Origin: Carcharhinus amblyrhynchos
Lineage: Eukaryota
Direction of reading: 5' to 3'
DNA length: 64,000 nt
Assembly: GCA_965287045.1 (NCBI GenBank)
Contig: OZ336890.1
Location: 28,892,001 to 28,956,000 of the forward strand
This document shows, piece after piece, positions 13,593 to 25,991 of this stretch. Within the stretch, counting starts at the first letter, position 1. Each line of letters begins with the position of its first letter. The position numbers were made by a program, and so were the translations under genes. The notes beneath the pieces are model-generated. The model was not told where the DNA came from and ran no database searches. It worked only from the letters and a program-made list of their open reading frames with translations.

Positions 13593-16380
13593 CATTGTTG
13601 ATTCAATAATACATACTGTACCAGCAAAAATGAAAATGTGTTTTAACATTACAAGGTGAAAACTTGATTTGGATGAATATTTGCTGCACAAAGTATGCGC
13701 ACACAATGTTTGCTACAATTTTTCAATGCTTGGGCTTATGTCAGTTCAGTCCCTTATTCTGGTACAAAGAAACATGGGAAAGGGAGGAGAGTCCATTAAT
13801 ATAAACAAATGGATCAAACTTGTTTACATGTGGTTGTTAATCCAAATCAAGCTTCAACTTCAAATGCATTTAAACATCCAAATGTTTCACCTGAAAAATC
13901 CTTGTTTCTTTAAATGTTTGTTTTTACTTTGCATTTAATGTGGCTAATTGTGCTTTGCTATCTCAACAAAGTAAAGCTTGGACAGTTTTTTAAAAACAAG
14001 TTCCACTCTTTAACAAAAACACAAATTCCTCTAAGTGCTGGAGGTGGCATTGACATTTGATATCTCACACCCACATTGAACACTTCCATTGGGCTCTGAA
14101 ACTGCTTAAAAGTGAGCAACTTTGTTTTTCAGATTACACCAGTGCTTTGACATAACATTTATGCATCTTGAGTTTGAACCCTAGTAGATTATATACAAAA
14201 GCCTGTCATTTATACAGTACAGCAATTTAATTCTTCAATACAAGGTTAGAGGTGAGCAAACCTCCAAGATTCATTTGGCAGCCTAGGATAGTCAAATTTC
14301 ACAATGTGTACTGAAAGATACTGCCACCATATGTGTTCCCCCCTCCTCCAGAGAGGAGGTGCAGACAAAATTCTTCATTAAGACTTCCAATACAACTCAG
14401 GATTAGAAGTACAATTACTATTCAAATCTGACTACACCAATTTGGAATGCTGGTGTCACTTTGTCATTACAAATTAAATTATTTCATTTACTCACAGGGT
14501 TTTGTATAGGCAGCACCTGACGAGCAAGTGGGTGGATATAAATTGCCAACAAATATACACACACACACATTCACTGGTACCAGACCAGGTTGTCAAACTC
14601 GTGGAATGGTTTGCTGATTATTTTAATTAGGGAATCTCACCAAAAGATAGTCAACATATCACTATATATTTTGAAAATTTTTTTTTTTGCAAGCTTTCCT
14701 AGAATTGCTTTAAGAGGTTTGTTTCTAATGCAGTTCTTTAAATTTTCAACATTTAAATGTTTCAGAGCCACTCTGACAAAGCAACATCTTTGTAGATCTA
14801 ACAGGACGACCTCATCAGTCTGCTGAGTATATCCACTTAGTGCAATGCACCATGGTAATCTGCTTATTTCATAGTAAACAATGAATGGAGCAGGAAAGCA
14901 GCTTCACCACAATGTACTGAACCTCTTGGATCTGCTCAGTGCAAAAGAATAAAAGTATCCTTCATTTCAAACAAATAATGCATTCATTGAACATGTTCAA
15001 CCGCTAGGGGCAAACTGTAATTGAGAGTTCTCAAGGAGCCCAATAAGGTCGAGAAAGCAATATTCTGTGCATATGTTTTACAATCACATTCTATGGAGGA
15101 GAAAATGTTAAAAGCCACCAACTTTTTTGAAAAAAATCTTGGATTATCAACATTTGTAATTCAAAGGCAAAAATGAAATAAACACAGACTTTCACTCCCC
15201 CTTTTCCCCCATCCCCCCCTAAATCTTTTAAAGTCAGGCCTTTTCTACAACTCAAGACTATTTTCGGCTTGGAATATACATAATGGCAATGAGATGTAAA
15301 TACCTTCTGAGAAGAAACAAGTAAATACACTCTACTAAAACTCAGGAAAAACAAAGTCTTGAACCCATTTGTGCATAGTTCATGATCCTCTTTAAACCAG
15401 CTTTTTTCTTACCAACATTAGCTTGATAAAACCAATAAAAACCTATCCAAAGTTAATGCACAAGTTACCTGATCCAAGCAGGCTGGGACAAGGAGAGTTT
15501 ATACAGAACATACTTTACAGTATGTTAGTCAATTGTCTTTAACACAATCAAAAGCATTGATTTCTTTTTAAAACATAAAGCATTTCATAAAGCACTCTTC
15601 AAACATTGTTGTGTCCATTATTTGGTAAATAAGTAACTGCTACAGAATAAACAGGTATTTTCTTCTTTTCTTCAGTGCTAGAAGTTGGGTTAAAATACAT
15701 GAAATGGCGTGGAGTAGCTCCCCAGAAAATTCAGGCCTTCCTGAGACATCATCCACTGTGTGCAAGAAAGTGAGCAAACATTTACGAAGGAAAAAATACA
15801 CAACAATGGCCAAAAAAATACAACACTGTTCATTCCCAGAGTTCTGAAGTAGCACATCTTCATTCTGAAAATAGGTTTCGATGGAAGAGTAATTGTCCTT
15901 TTTTTCATCTTAGTTTTCCTTTTTTTAAAGTTCCGAAAAGTTTGTAAACAGGAGGATGCCAGACATAGGCACCTCCAAATCAGTCACAAAAATATCCAGT
16001 CCAAGTGCTTCCCATTGCCTGCTTGCAGGATGGGCCACTCTATTGTGTAGCTATGGCCACAGTTCAACTAGAGCAATTTTTTTTTTTATTTTTTTTTTAA
16101 ATTTTATACTCTGAAAGAAAACTGGTGCAATACTCCTGTAATAATTCTCTTGCATTAGTCCACAAAAAAGCCACTAAAGGTAGGTATACACATCATCTCC
16201 AGAGCACACACTGTTTAAGAGCGTCCTTGAGTAAACATTTACACATGAATTGCTGCTGGCCCCCTTTGTAAGATTAGCTGGAGGGGCTGCAGACACTCAG
16301 TGCAAAGTTAGAAGCTAATAATTTGACTGACAAGCAAATAAAAGCATATACTGTATAAAGAAACAAAACCACACTGATTT

Positions 16381-16440
16381 CATACACACGCACACACACA
16401 CAGATGCACACATCTGCACCATCACACATACATACACAAC
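16381..16440. repeat. Imperfect (CA)n/(TG)n microsatellite in the 3' UTR
   Basis: catacacacgcacacacacacagatgcacaca...cacacatacatacaca. Confidence 0.8.
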
Positions 16441-16759
16441 AAACATTTTTTGTTTGAGCCTATTTGTGATGACAACATCTCGGAAGTGTAAATTAGACGG
16501 TTTTCACATTTCGTTATTGGCCTGCTTGATTCAAGTATTTGTGTTGATATGTTTTTGGGATCAAACGAAATAATGAAAGCAAGGGTAATGTGCATACTAA
16601 ACCCAGGCTCACAAAAGTAGACTTTCCATGCCCCTCTCCCTCCCTCCCATTTCCCTGCCCATCCTCCCTATCCAACCAAAAGAGGTGGTGGATCAAGGGT
16701 CAAATGTCCCGAAATTGAGTTTAGTGCTGATTGTTAGCTCCACAAGATCATTGTTTTCC

Positions 16760-17120
16760 CTACATGGATTCTCCACTCAGAAGGTCACCAGGGAGCAAGG
16801 TGTTTATAGGCGTAGGGCTGCCGATTACTCTGGTGTCATCACTGCTAGGAGGCCCCCATAGGCTGCTGGAGTATTGAGGGACGCCACTCCATAGGAGGTC
16901 ATTGGCTCCTTTGCCACTCAAGCTTGTAGTATTCCAGTGACCCAGATCATTGCGGACCAATCCGTGAGAGTTGGTGCTTGACCCAAGTCGGCTCTGATTG
17001 GTTCCTGTGTTAGACTGCCAGCTAGAGGTCTGTGTCAGTGTTTGACCTTGTGCAAAGAAACGGTTAACTTCCTCGTCACTGGCAAACTCAGCGAGGATGG
17101 TAGTGTTTCCCAGAACGCAC
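16760..17120 (-). CDS. TNRC6C: TNRC6C terminal coding exon, end of RRM and C-terminal W-motif tail
   Basis: tttgtccag| acceptor, phase 2; [26 protein letters not shown]...[35 protein letters not shown] then TAG; the tail matches recalled TNRC6C ([12 protein letters not shown]) better than TNRC6A or TNRC6B. Confidence 0.96.
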
Positions 17121-17499
17121 CTGGACAAAGGGAAATGTCAAACATTAGAAATTAAGCTTATTAACTGAAAAACAGACTGTGCCAAAAGGTGTACTCAACG
17201 GCATTATACACAATTTTTAATTTACTAAAAGCTTTTACAAACATCCAATACACTGTTTGGGAGCCAACCTGGGACCTCTAAAACGCAACACACCACAAAC
17301 CAACGTAAAGTTTGAAATGGAATTTGGAATGGTAGCTTTGAGTGTGTAAAGATGTGCATGAATGTTTTTTAGCTTTTTAAAAATATACCTGTGTTGCTAA
17401 TTCATGACTTGCTTTCTTGTGACAATTTAAATTTGTTGTTTTTTTGAGTATTGTGACTTTTAATTTTTTGGTAGTTGCAGAGAATGCTAAACTTTTCTA

Positions 17500-18730
17500 A
17501 ATTCTATTGTTGGCAAGAAAAAAAGCTGGTTAAAGAGGTTCATAACTACGCACAAACGGATTCAAGACTTTGTTTTTCCTGATTTAAAGTGTATTTACTT
17601 GCTGTGTCTCAGCATGTATTTATATCACATTCCCTTTAAGTATATTCCAAGCCAAAAGTAGTTCCAATTTGTATTTTTAAAAAAGCCTGATTTTGGTGGG
17701 ACGACGGGGAGGTGAAGGAACTGCTTCATTTGTGTTTACTCCATTTTTGTCATTAAATTTCACCATGTATCTGCAATAACGTCGCAAAGCTTAAAATGCT
17801 TTCCAAATATGCTATTTTCTTATTTGGCACATATTCTTTTTAAATTCAATATATTCCCTTAATTTTGGGGATAAAATTCATAACTGAACTCAAAAGTCTT
17901 TGTTTCTCATGTGACAATACTGTGGCTTTAAGGAATTTGTCTTTTTTTGTGCAGGATCTGTTGTAGCAGTTTGTTTTTATTATTGGAGCCATTCTGTCTC
18001 GATACAGCAGCACTGTGTTGTTGTTGTTGCAGCAGCACAATTTATCTTAATTGCTACAATGTTGGTTTTAATCTGAACTAATGCAGGGTTTTGCTGTTTT
18101 GTGTTTTCCCTCTGAGATGTTGAAGAACAGGGATTGGTTAGTTTGACTGACAAGTAAGATCATATGACTGGGTACAGCTAGGCTTCCACAGAGAACTCAA
18201 GACAGTCTGCTTTTTGGGATCTTTAGACAGAGGTCACTTTTTCTATATCTTTTGCTGTGTCTGAAGTGGAGACTGGAATTTGCCCAGAAATAAGCCTCTT
18301 TTTCTGAGATTCTGTTTGGGGGTGGAGTTTTTTCTGGAGGTTGCTACATGAGAATTAGAAGACAAGTATTTGTCTGGGTCACTCTCCAGAGGTATAAAAA
18401 GGCCAGAAATTGAGTAGCCACATAGTATTTTTGTTTTCTGTGCGAACTGACTCTAAAGGATGAATTTATGTCTATGTGGGGATGCTGCTAAATTGGAAAA
18501 ATAGAGATGGCTAGCAGTTAAGAATTATCTTTTGTAATGTTTAAGTATTTTAATTCGTTTTGTGTAATATTCTCACTGTCGTCTTCAATAAAATTTGTTT
18601 TGATAAAATCTTCCGAGTGGGTCACTTGAATCATATATCTGGAGTGAAACACCTTATGCTTGCACTAATGCCAAAATCAAATGGAAAAGTTAGAATCTAG
18701 GCTCACCTCATGACATAACTTGGACTTCAC
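17500..18730 (+). repeat. Unclassified, probably LTR-like repeat in the last TNRC6C intron (left boundary uncertain)
   Basis: AATAAA at 18587 followed by a segment homologous to 3075-3210; no coding potential. Confidence 0.4.
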
Positions 18731-19318
18731 ACTAAGCAATGTACGCTTGGTCAGTGCTCGGTCTGGCAGCTTCATTGGATCATGAAATTTTAGGTATAGA
18801 TTTTTTTTAGCTGTTTGGTTTGGAGATAAATTAAATACAAGATTGGATTCTGTTTTCTGTCCTGCCTAGACAGGGCAGATTACAAATTAACAATCCAATG
18901 TCCAAGGTTTAGCCATAGCTTTGGAAAGAGATTTAATAAAGGAGCTGTTAGAGGGGTAGATTGTAAGTGGCACATTCTGGGGAATGCTCAATGGAAACAG
19001 AGGGCTGAGGGGAAATGAAGAGTTGATCAGAGATGTTGTTCCATGGGCTGAGAGGTTGTGGATGGTAGCCACCAATGGATCCAGTACATCAATAGAGGAG
19101 AGGGAAAAGCAAGTGAGAGTGACAAATGTTTTCACAAATCAGTGCTGATGAGCTGTAGGAAGAGTCGGGAAGGTTTATTCTTTCTTTGTCTGAACTTTAG
19201 GAAAACGCAAAGAGGTTTAAGTCAGTTCAATGAATTATAACAAGAGCTCTTGATAAATACCCAAGCAAGATTAAATTATGGTAAGATCTTAAACTTAGAG
19301 TCATATAAAGAAACTTAC

Positions 19319-19458
19319 ATGTGCAGAGACTTCTGGGCCTTAGCTGCTTCTTCCTTGGAGCTGTAGCGAACTACAGCATTTCCTTGGGTTAAGTTCAGAT
19401 GGAATGTTATCAATGGACCATGTTGCATGCATAAAGTCCGCAAAGTTGAACCATCGAT
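19319..19458 (-). CDS. TNRC6C: TNRC6C coding exon, RRM core
   Basis: gctacag| and |gtaagt; 140 nt, phase 0 to 2; [46 protein letters not shown](M). Confidence 0.96.
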
Positions 19459-19959
19459 CTGTAGCAAAAGAGCAAACCATCAAAACTTGTAATATTTTCA
19501 AACCTTAATGCAGATACTATGCATTAACCTCAATGATTTTACAAGCTTGCCTGGCAGACATTACATGTAAAGATGATCAATTAGATACCTTATATGGTAA
19601 TCATTCTTAACTATCTAAGATTGCAACATTGTGCCAATTTATTCTAATTCTTAACTAAACTGAAGCTGACTAGATAGTGATTCATATCCTCAAAACCCTA
19701 TAAACTTGCAGAATCTGAGCGTATGGTTGGGTACAATTTTGGTCACTAAACACACAATACGAATAAAATTTAGTTGACAAGATAAGCAATCTGTATTTCT
19801 GATGGGCAGAAACGGAGCATAGCTGAGAATGAAAAAATAACTAATCTGATGGAGCAACTGAAGATCTCGTCCAAAGGTTACAGTGCTCTAAGAAGCAGAA
19901 TTGTAGGAGAGACGGAAATGGAGAGGGAAGGAAAAGGGTGCAATAGTGCATATCCTGGG

Positions 19960-20290
19960 GATTTAAGGAGTTGGCTGATTCAATTGGCTGGTTGTCTGGT
20001 TTGTGATGCGGAGCAACACCAACACCATGGGTTCAATCTTTGTCATGATGTGGGAATGCCGGCGTTGGACTGGCGTAAACACAGTAAAAAGTCTGACAAC
20101 ACCTGGTGTTGTCAGACTTTTTCAATCTTTGTGCCAGCCGAGGTTATTCAAGAAGACTCCACCTTCTCAATGTTGCCCATCATCTAAGATGTGTTGACTC
20201 TCAGGTTAAATCACCACCAGTTAGCGCTCTCTCTCTCAAAAAGGGGGACAGCAGTTTATGGTCCTCTGGCGCATGAGCAACTTTCATTCT
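19960..20290 (+). mobile_element. tRNA-derived SINE relic carrying an inserted palindromic retroelement remnant
   Basis: A/B-box-like tggctgattcaattgg...gggttcaatc; 20045-20122 is an inserted piece with a perfect hairpin. Confidence 0.5.
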
Positions 20291-20849
20291 AGGGGTTTAC
20301 AGAAGCTGGGAGACCACATGAAGCACTGTCAATCACTTTGAATCTATTTTTTTAAGCACATATTCCAAACTGAGCAAATCTGAACTCCCATGCCCTATGA
20401 AGAATATTAAATGCTGAGTGATGTCACAGGGGATGCTACATATTTTTTGTTTGGTGGAAACAATCAGGTCCAGGGGATCTGTCACCCTATCTTCCATTAA
20501 TGTCCTTATTATTGAAGTTTCACTTGTGTTAGTTTCATTTAGCCCGTCCCTAATCCGCTACTAATTTCCTCGGGACTTCCGGCAAGCTATCCTTCTTTTC
20601 TACTGTAAATCTGTCCCCTCAGGTGAATGTAAAATACCCTTTCAAGTATTTTGAACAAGAGAGTTCTCCATGGTGCCTGGTCTATATTTATCCCTCACCC
20701 AACTCCACTAAAACAAAGGAGGAAACACCAAATTAGCTGCTTACTTTCTTTCTAACATACTGTGGTTGCATAGTGTGTTTTGCTCGAGAACTCTCTTGCT
20801 CTTCAAAATGCTTGAATAGGGTATTTTACATTCACCTGAGGGGGCAGAT

Positions 20850-21695
20850 TTACATTAAAAAAGGATAACTTGCCAGATGTCCTGAGGAAAATAGCTGATT
20901 AGGGATTGAAGCTAAATAAAAGTAACACAAATAAAACTTCAATAATGAGGAAATTAATGGAAGCATAGGGTGACAAATCCCCAGGACCTGACTGTTTCCA
21001 CTGAAGGGTGTTAAAGGAAGAACATTGTATACACACTAGTGATAATCTTTCAGAATTCACTAGATCTTGGAGTTGTCCCTCTGGATTACAAAATTGCTCA
21101 CGACTTTGCTGCTTTTTAAGGAGGACGAAAGAGGAAGATCAGGAAAATATGGATCTGCTAGCCTAACATCTGTGGTGGGGGAGTCGATAATCAAGGATAG
21201 GGTGGCTGAACACCTCAAAAATATTTTAGTTAATCAAGGAGAGCCATCATGGATTCATGACAGATAGGTCATGCCTGACAAATCTCACTGAACTTGTTGA
21301 AAAGTTAAATAAGGTAGTGGACAGGGAAACATCCATGAATGTTGTTCTTGTTGGACTTTCAGGGGGCATTCGATGAAGTCTTATATAAAAGACTATTAAC
21401 TAAGGTAGAAGCTCATTGAACTGAGGGCAAATTATTGACATGGCTGGGAAACTGGTTGAATGGCATTTGACAGAAAGTTGGGATAATGCGTAGGTACTCA
21501 AATTCGCATGATGTGACGAGTGACGTCCCACAAGGATGTGTGTTAGTGCCTCAATTATTCACATTATTTATTAACAACTTGGATAATGGCACAGTAAGTC
21601 ACATTTCCAAATGTGCTGATAACACCAAGTTAGATGGCATTGTAGAAAACGTAGATTATAGTATAACATTACAAAATGATATTAATAGCAGATAA
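20850..21695 (+). mobile_element. Old CR1 LINE RT fragment; a further piece lies at 23131-23207
   Basis: KSPGPD-like motif (aaatccccaggacctgac), VTSDVPQGCVLVPQLFTLFINNLD...SKCADNTKL; KKVNGMLALIAKGMEYK at 23137-23190. Confidence 0.85.
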
Positions 21696-23130
21696 TAAGA
21701 ACATAAGAAATAGGAGCAGGAGTAGGCCATCTAGCCCTTCGAGCCTGCCCCGCCATTCAATAAGATCATGGCTGATCTGTCGTGGCTCAGTTCCACATTC
21801 CCGCCCTCTCCCCATAACCCTTAATCCCCTCTCTTATCAAAAACCCATCAACCCGCGTCTTAAAAATATTTAGCGAGGTAGCCTCCACCACTTCAACGGG
21901 CAGAGAATTCCAGAGATTCACCACCCTTTGAGTGAAGAAGTTCCTCCTCAACTCCGTTCTAAACCGCCTCCCCTTTATCTTGAGGCTGTGCCCCCTAGTC
22001 CTACTATTCTTTCTGAGCGGGAAGAGTCTCTCCACCTCTATCCTATCCATCCCATTTATCATCTTATACGTCTCAATGAGATCTCCCCTCATTCTTCTAA
22101 ACTCTGAGTACAAGCCTAGTTTATTCAGCCTCTCCTCATAGCTCAACCCCCTCAACTCCGGTATCAGCCTAGTAAACCTCCTCTGCACTCTCTCCAAGGC
22201 CAAAATATCCTTGCGTAAGTACGGCGCCCAAAACTGCACACAGTACTCCAGCTGCGGCCTCACCAATGCCCTATACAGCCGCAGCAAGACCTCCCTATCG
22301 CCTTCCTGACCACCTGCTGCACCTGCAAGCTGGGTTTTTGCGACTCATGCACAAGGACCCCAAGGTCCCTCTGCACCGTCGCCTGCTGCAGTTTTTCGCC
22401 ACGTAAGTAATAATCCTTCCTACCATTATTCCTACCAAAGTGGACCACCTCGCACTTGCCAACATTAAATTCCATTTGCCATTTCCTGGCCCATTCGCCC
22501 AGCTTATCTAGATCCTTCTGCAGACTCTCCACACCCTCCGCGCAATTTGCCGTTCCACCAATCTTGGTGTCATCAGCAAATTTCGACACCCTATACTCGG
22601 TTCCCTCCTCCAGATCATCTATATAAATGGTAAATAGCTGAGGCCCCAGCACCGACCCCTGGGGCACTCCACTAGTCACCATCCGCCAATCCGAATAGCA
22701 CCCATTGACCCCCACTCTCTGCCTCCTATTTGACAACCAATCCTCTATCCACGCTAACACCCTACCCCCAACTCCACGTCCCCTGACCTTCTGCAATAAC
22801 CTCTTGTGAGGTACCTTGTCAAACGCCTTCTGAAAATCAAGAAAGACCACATCCACCGGCTCTCCTCTATCCACCGCCCTAGACACATCCTCATAGAACT
22901 CCAGTAAATTTGTCAGACACGACTTCCCTTTAATGAAAGCGTGCTGCGTCTGCTCTATCAAGCAATTCCTCTCAAGATGCCTTGCTATTTCCTCCTTGAT
23001 GACGGATTCTAACATTTTACCTACAACAGACATTAAACTAACCAGCCTATAATTCCCTGCCTTTTGCCTGGCACCCTTCTTAAACAACGGCGTAACATTA
23101 GCCGCTTTCCAATCTTCCGGCACTTCCCCG
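21696..23130 (-). mobile_element. Young CR1 LINE, 5'-truncated, with near-intact RT
   Basis: ORFs of 315 and 166 aa: VPEDWKAANVTPLFKKG...DFQKAFDKVPH...VTSGVPQGSVLGP...FADDTK...LEYCVQFWAPYLRKD; GC-rich; (ttcttatg)n tail; one small internal deletion or frameshift near 22297. Confidence 0.95.
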
Positions 23131-23677
23131 GAAATAAAGAAAGTGAACGGAATGTTGGCACTCATAGCTAAAGGAATGGAATATAAGGTCAGGAAGTTTT
23201 GTTGCACGTAATAATAACAGAGTAATAGTATTTTTAAAACGCTCTACTCGAAGTTGTGTCTCTTTTGAAAAATCAACCTACATGAACACAAAATATTTAA
23301 ATGCAATAGATGTTACCCAAAATGGATGAGCACCTACTTATTTCTTCCAATGTTGCAAAATTTCTAATTGCGCAAGTCATTAGACATAACTGGAATCTCA
23401 GCCTCACTTTTGAGAAACACACATTGAAATGTATTTTCGTAGAAACATGAAGATCAGGTGACAGATTATAATACTATTACAGGTTTAAGCGTTCACTGGA
23501 TGCCAATTAAATTCTACAAACGTAAAACTACACATTTTCAATTCAGATAGATTGAATTTAGAAATTTTAGGTATTCTGATGTTCTAGCTCATTTGCAAAC
23601 AATGGCACGGACAAGGCTGAAGTTGCATTCACATTACAATGGAGGAAAGCTACTGCTTTTCTTGGTTCAATTGTTAC

Positions 23678-23748
23678 CTGGGGTGTGAGGTTTCGGAGAA
23701 CCAGCCAGCTATTGTTCCTTCCAGAGCTGTCAGTACTCCAAGCAGAAT
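23678..23748 (-). CDS. TNRC6C: TNRC6C coding exon, start of RRM
   Basis: attttag| and |gtaaca; 71 nt, phase 1 to 0; SAWSTDSSGRNNSWLVLRNLTPQ. Confidence 0.95.
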
Positions 23749-23795
23749 CTAAAATAAGCAAAGGATCATGTCATATCCTACTCACTTATGTTCTG

Positions 23796-25430
23796 TGTTA
23801 TGTTGTGGCTGTTGTAGTGTAATCAAGATATTTCAGATTTTAAGAACAGAAGGTATTTATTGATAAGAGAAACTTGGATACAGGAAGTTTATGCTGCACG
23901 AAGACTGCCCTGGAGCAGAGCCACAATTCTTCATGCTTACAACATGGTTCCAGAAGTAAAATGCCTGAGAGGACTCACTCTCTCTGGTGTGATCACTCAC
24001 TGTTTCCATTGACTCCTCAAGCCAGGTAACTCATTTCTGTTGTACTGTGTTAAAGTGACAAACACCATGCACAATATCCCTCCTCTAACTTACTTTACAA
24101 TCTTCAAAATCAATGTAGTCAACCCATATTCTAAGTAAACACTACAGACACCAGTTAGACATTTGTAAATCAGTGTAGTGATTGTTCAGTGGAAGGATCT
24201 TGAGGCTTCCGTTTAACATAATACTTCTTCCAGAAAACTTCAACTATACACAGCTTCTAATATAGTTTAACTTCTGCTTCAGCAGCATGGTGACTCTTTC
24301 AGTACATAATACAGGATGTTGTATACGAGTACCACGGATCAAATCTTTGATGTGTTTCACTCAGACTCGTAGTTTTCTCACCAATCACAAAACTGACAGC
24401 ATTCATTACCTGAGACTGCTTTCACTCTTCTCGAGTTCCACTTGTGTCTTTTTTTCTCTCAACTCTTTTTACCTTTTATTCACATATTCATTCTCTCACT
24501 CCAGATCCTTCACCACTTGCTGGTGAATGTTCTATTTCTTTTTGACCCCAGATTTCCTAGCTACTTTTTTTTCTGAGCTTTGATGTAGCTGGGCTGCTTC
24601 TTAGTTAGATTACAGGTCACAAACTTATGTCATTTGCTATTTGTTATAGTTCTCAGTGAAATTTATCCAATTTTTTTCTCTTCACTCTTTAGTTTTTCTT
24701 CTGCTGTGCCTTGTCTTACTTGCACTGATTACAGCCTTATCATTTTCTTGCAACTTATTGCTCCAATTTTCAAGGAATATCTCATTATAATATTAAGGGG
24801 ACGCGACTTAGTTTTGCTTTCAGCTTTTAGTCATTCACTACAGAGCTTTCATTCACCAGAGCCAGATTGGGAATTCTTAAGAGATCCAATTGAATGATTG
24901 AACTACCAGTCATATGGAAAACACAAATGAGCTTGAGAAGTCACTTAATCATTTAAGGTCTTTTGATGCCTTCTTCCTCAGGTCTTTCATTGCCCTCTTT
25001 CAGGCATTCTCCCTGTCCGTGGTTTCTCAGTACTCTTGCTCAGGGGACTATTATTGCCTACTCTGAGTCTGGCATTACCTCTTGTTTGAGGGCTTAATTT
25101 CCTCCTTTGAGATCCCATGTTGTTTACAGACTCCCTTTCTAGAGCTGCCTCTAACTGGGGTCTTCTGATTTTCCAGTCCCTTTGTCCTTTATTTCTTCTG
25201 ATGGCTGTTGCATTAAATGTTGCACAACTTTAAATGCATTATCTCTTGAAATGCATGACTGCTTTAGAACTTTTTTTTTTAACTGCCACAGCTGCTGCAT
25301 CTCTGTTATTCCCATGCTTTTGCAGTTTTGGTGGGAAACTACAGTTCCACCTCCCTCAATCCTTTTTAAAAAGTTTTAAAACAAAGAGATAAACAATAAA
25401 GCAGGAAGAACTTTAAGAAAACTGGCAGGA
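23796..25430 (-). mobile_element. Possible decayed LTR-retrotransposon relic (3' LTR ~23796-24072 plus internal sequence)
   Basis: Minus strand shows polypurine agaggaggga before the putative LTR, which has AATAAA and ends ...acaacataaca; no recognisable ORF. Confidence 0.3.
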
Positions 25431-25790
25431 GAGGGGATGCATTACCCTAGATTTTACTGAGTATATACTAGTGGCAGAACAGGGTCATCATTTTCGAGTG
25501 TGTACTCAGAAAATTATCCCAAATTACAATGCGGGATTCCAAATCCATCAAATATCTGACAACACATGGAATAGTATTTAGGGAAACTCTGGCTATGGAT
25601 TTCCATCTCTTGTTTCAAACATGAATGGCAATTACACCTGACAGTCAATTCAAGCTAAGCCAACATATCATTCATTATTATAAAATGTTAGCACCCAAAA
25701 GCTTGCCAGTCACAAGCAATCTGAAAATTCAGATGCTGGGCAAATTTCAAATGTCTGAAGCACAAGGCAACGCAATAAATTAAATCTTAC

Positions 25791-25991
25791 TGGAGGAATA
25801 AGAGCTTGGCCAGCTTGAGACGAGTCCGAGTGAACTGACACCCCAGGACGGTGATGGCTTGGTGTTAGTCAGGCCTGGTGGTGGCCTAGTGTTTTTGGAT
25901 CCTAGCGGCACTTTCCACAATTCGTGCGATAGTGATGGTTGAGTTTGAGCAATGGGTCCAGGTGACCAAGTGGATTTATCTGTCAGTTTAG
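25791..25991 (-). CDS. TNRC6C: TNRC6C coding exon, M2 region
   Basis: tttcag| and |gtaaga; 201 nt, phase 1-1; [66 protein letters not shown]. Confidence 0.94.

Larger units (their letters stand above)
13565..16759 (-). other. TNRC6C: Probable TNRC6C 3' UTR (~3.2 kb)
   Basis: AU-rich stretch after the stop with no recognisable transposons; dense in miRNA seed matches; ends near AATAAA; the lower boundary is inferred. Confidence 0.6.

Noticed and set aside
21787-23207. Longest ORFs (315 and 166 aa, reverse transcriptase) as a host gene or retron-like system
   Set aside because: Ordinary 5'-truncated CR1 LINE ORF2 with a LINE tail; the ORF's N-terminus is read through flanking DNA.
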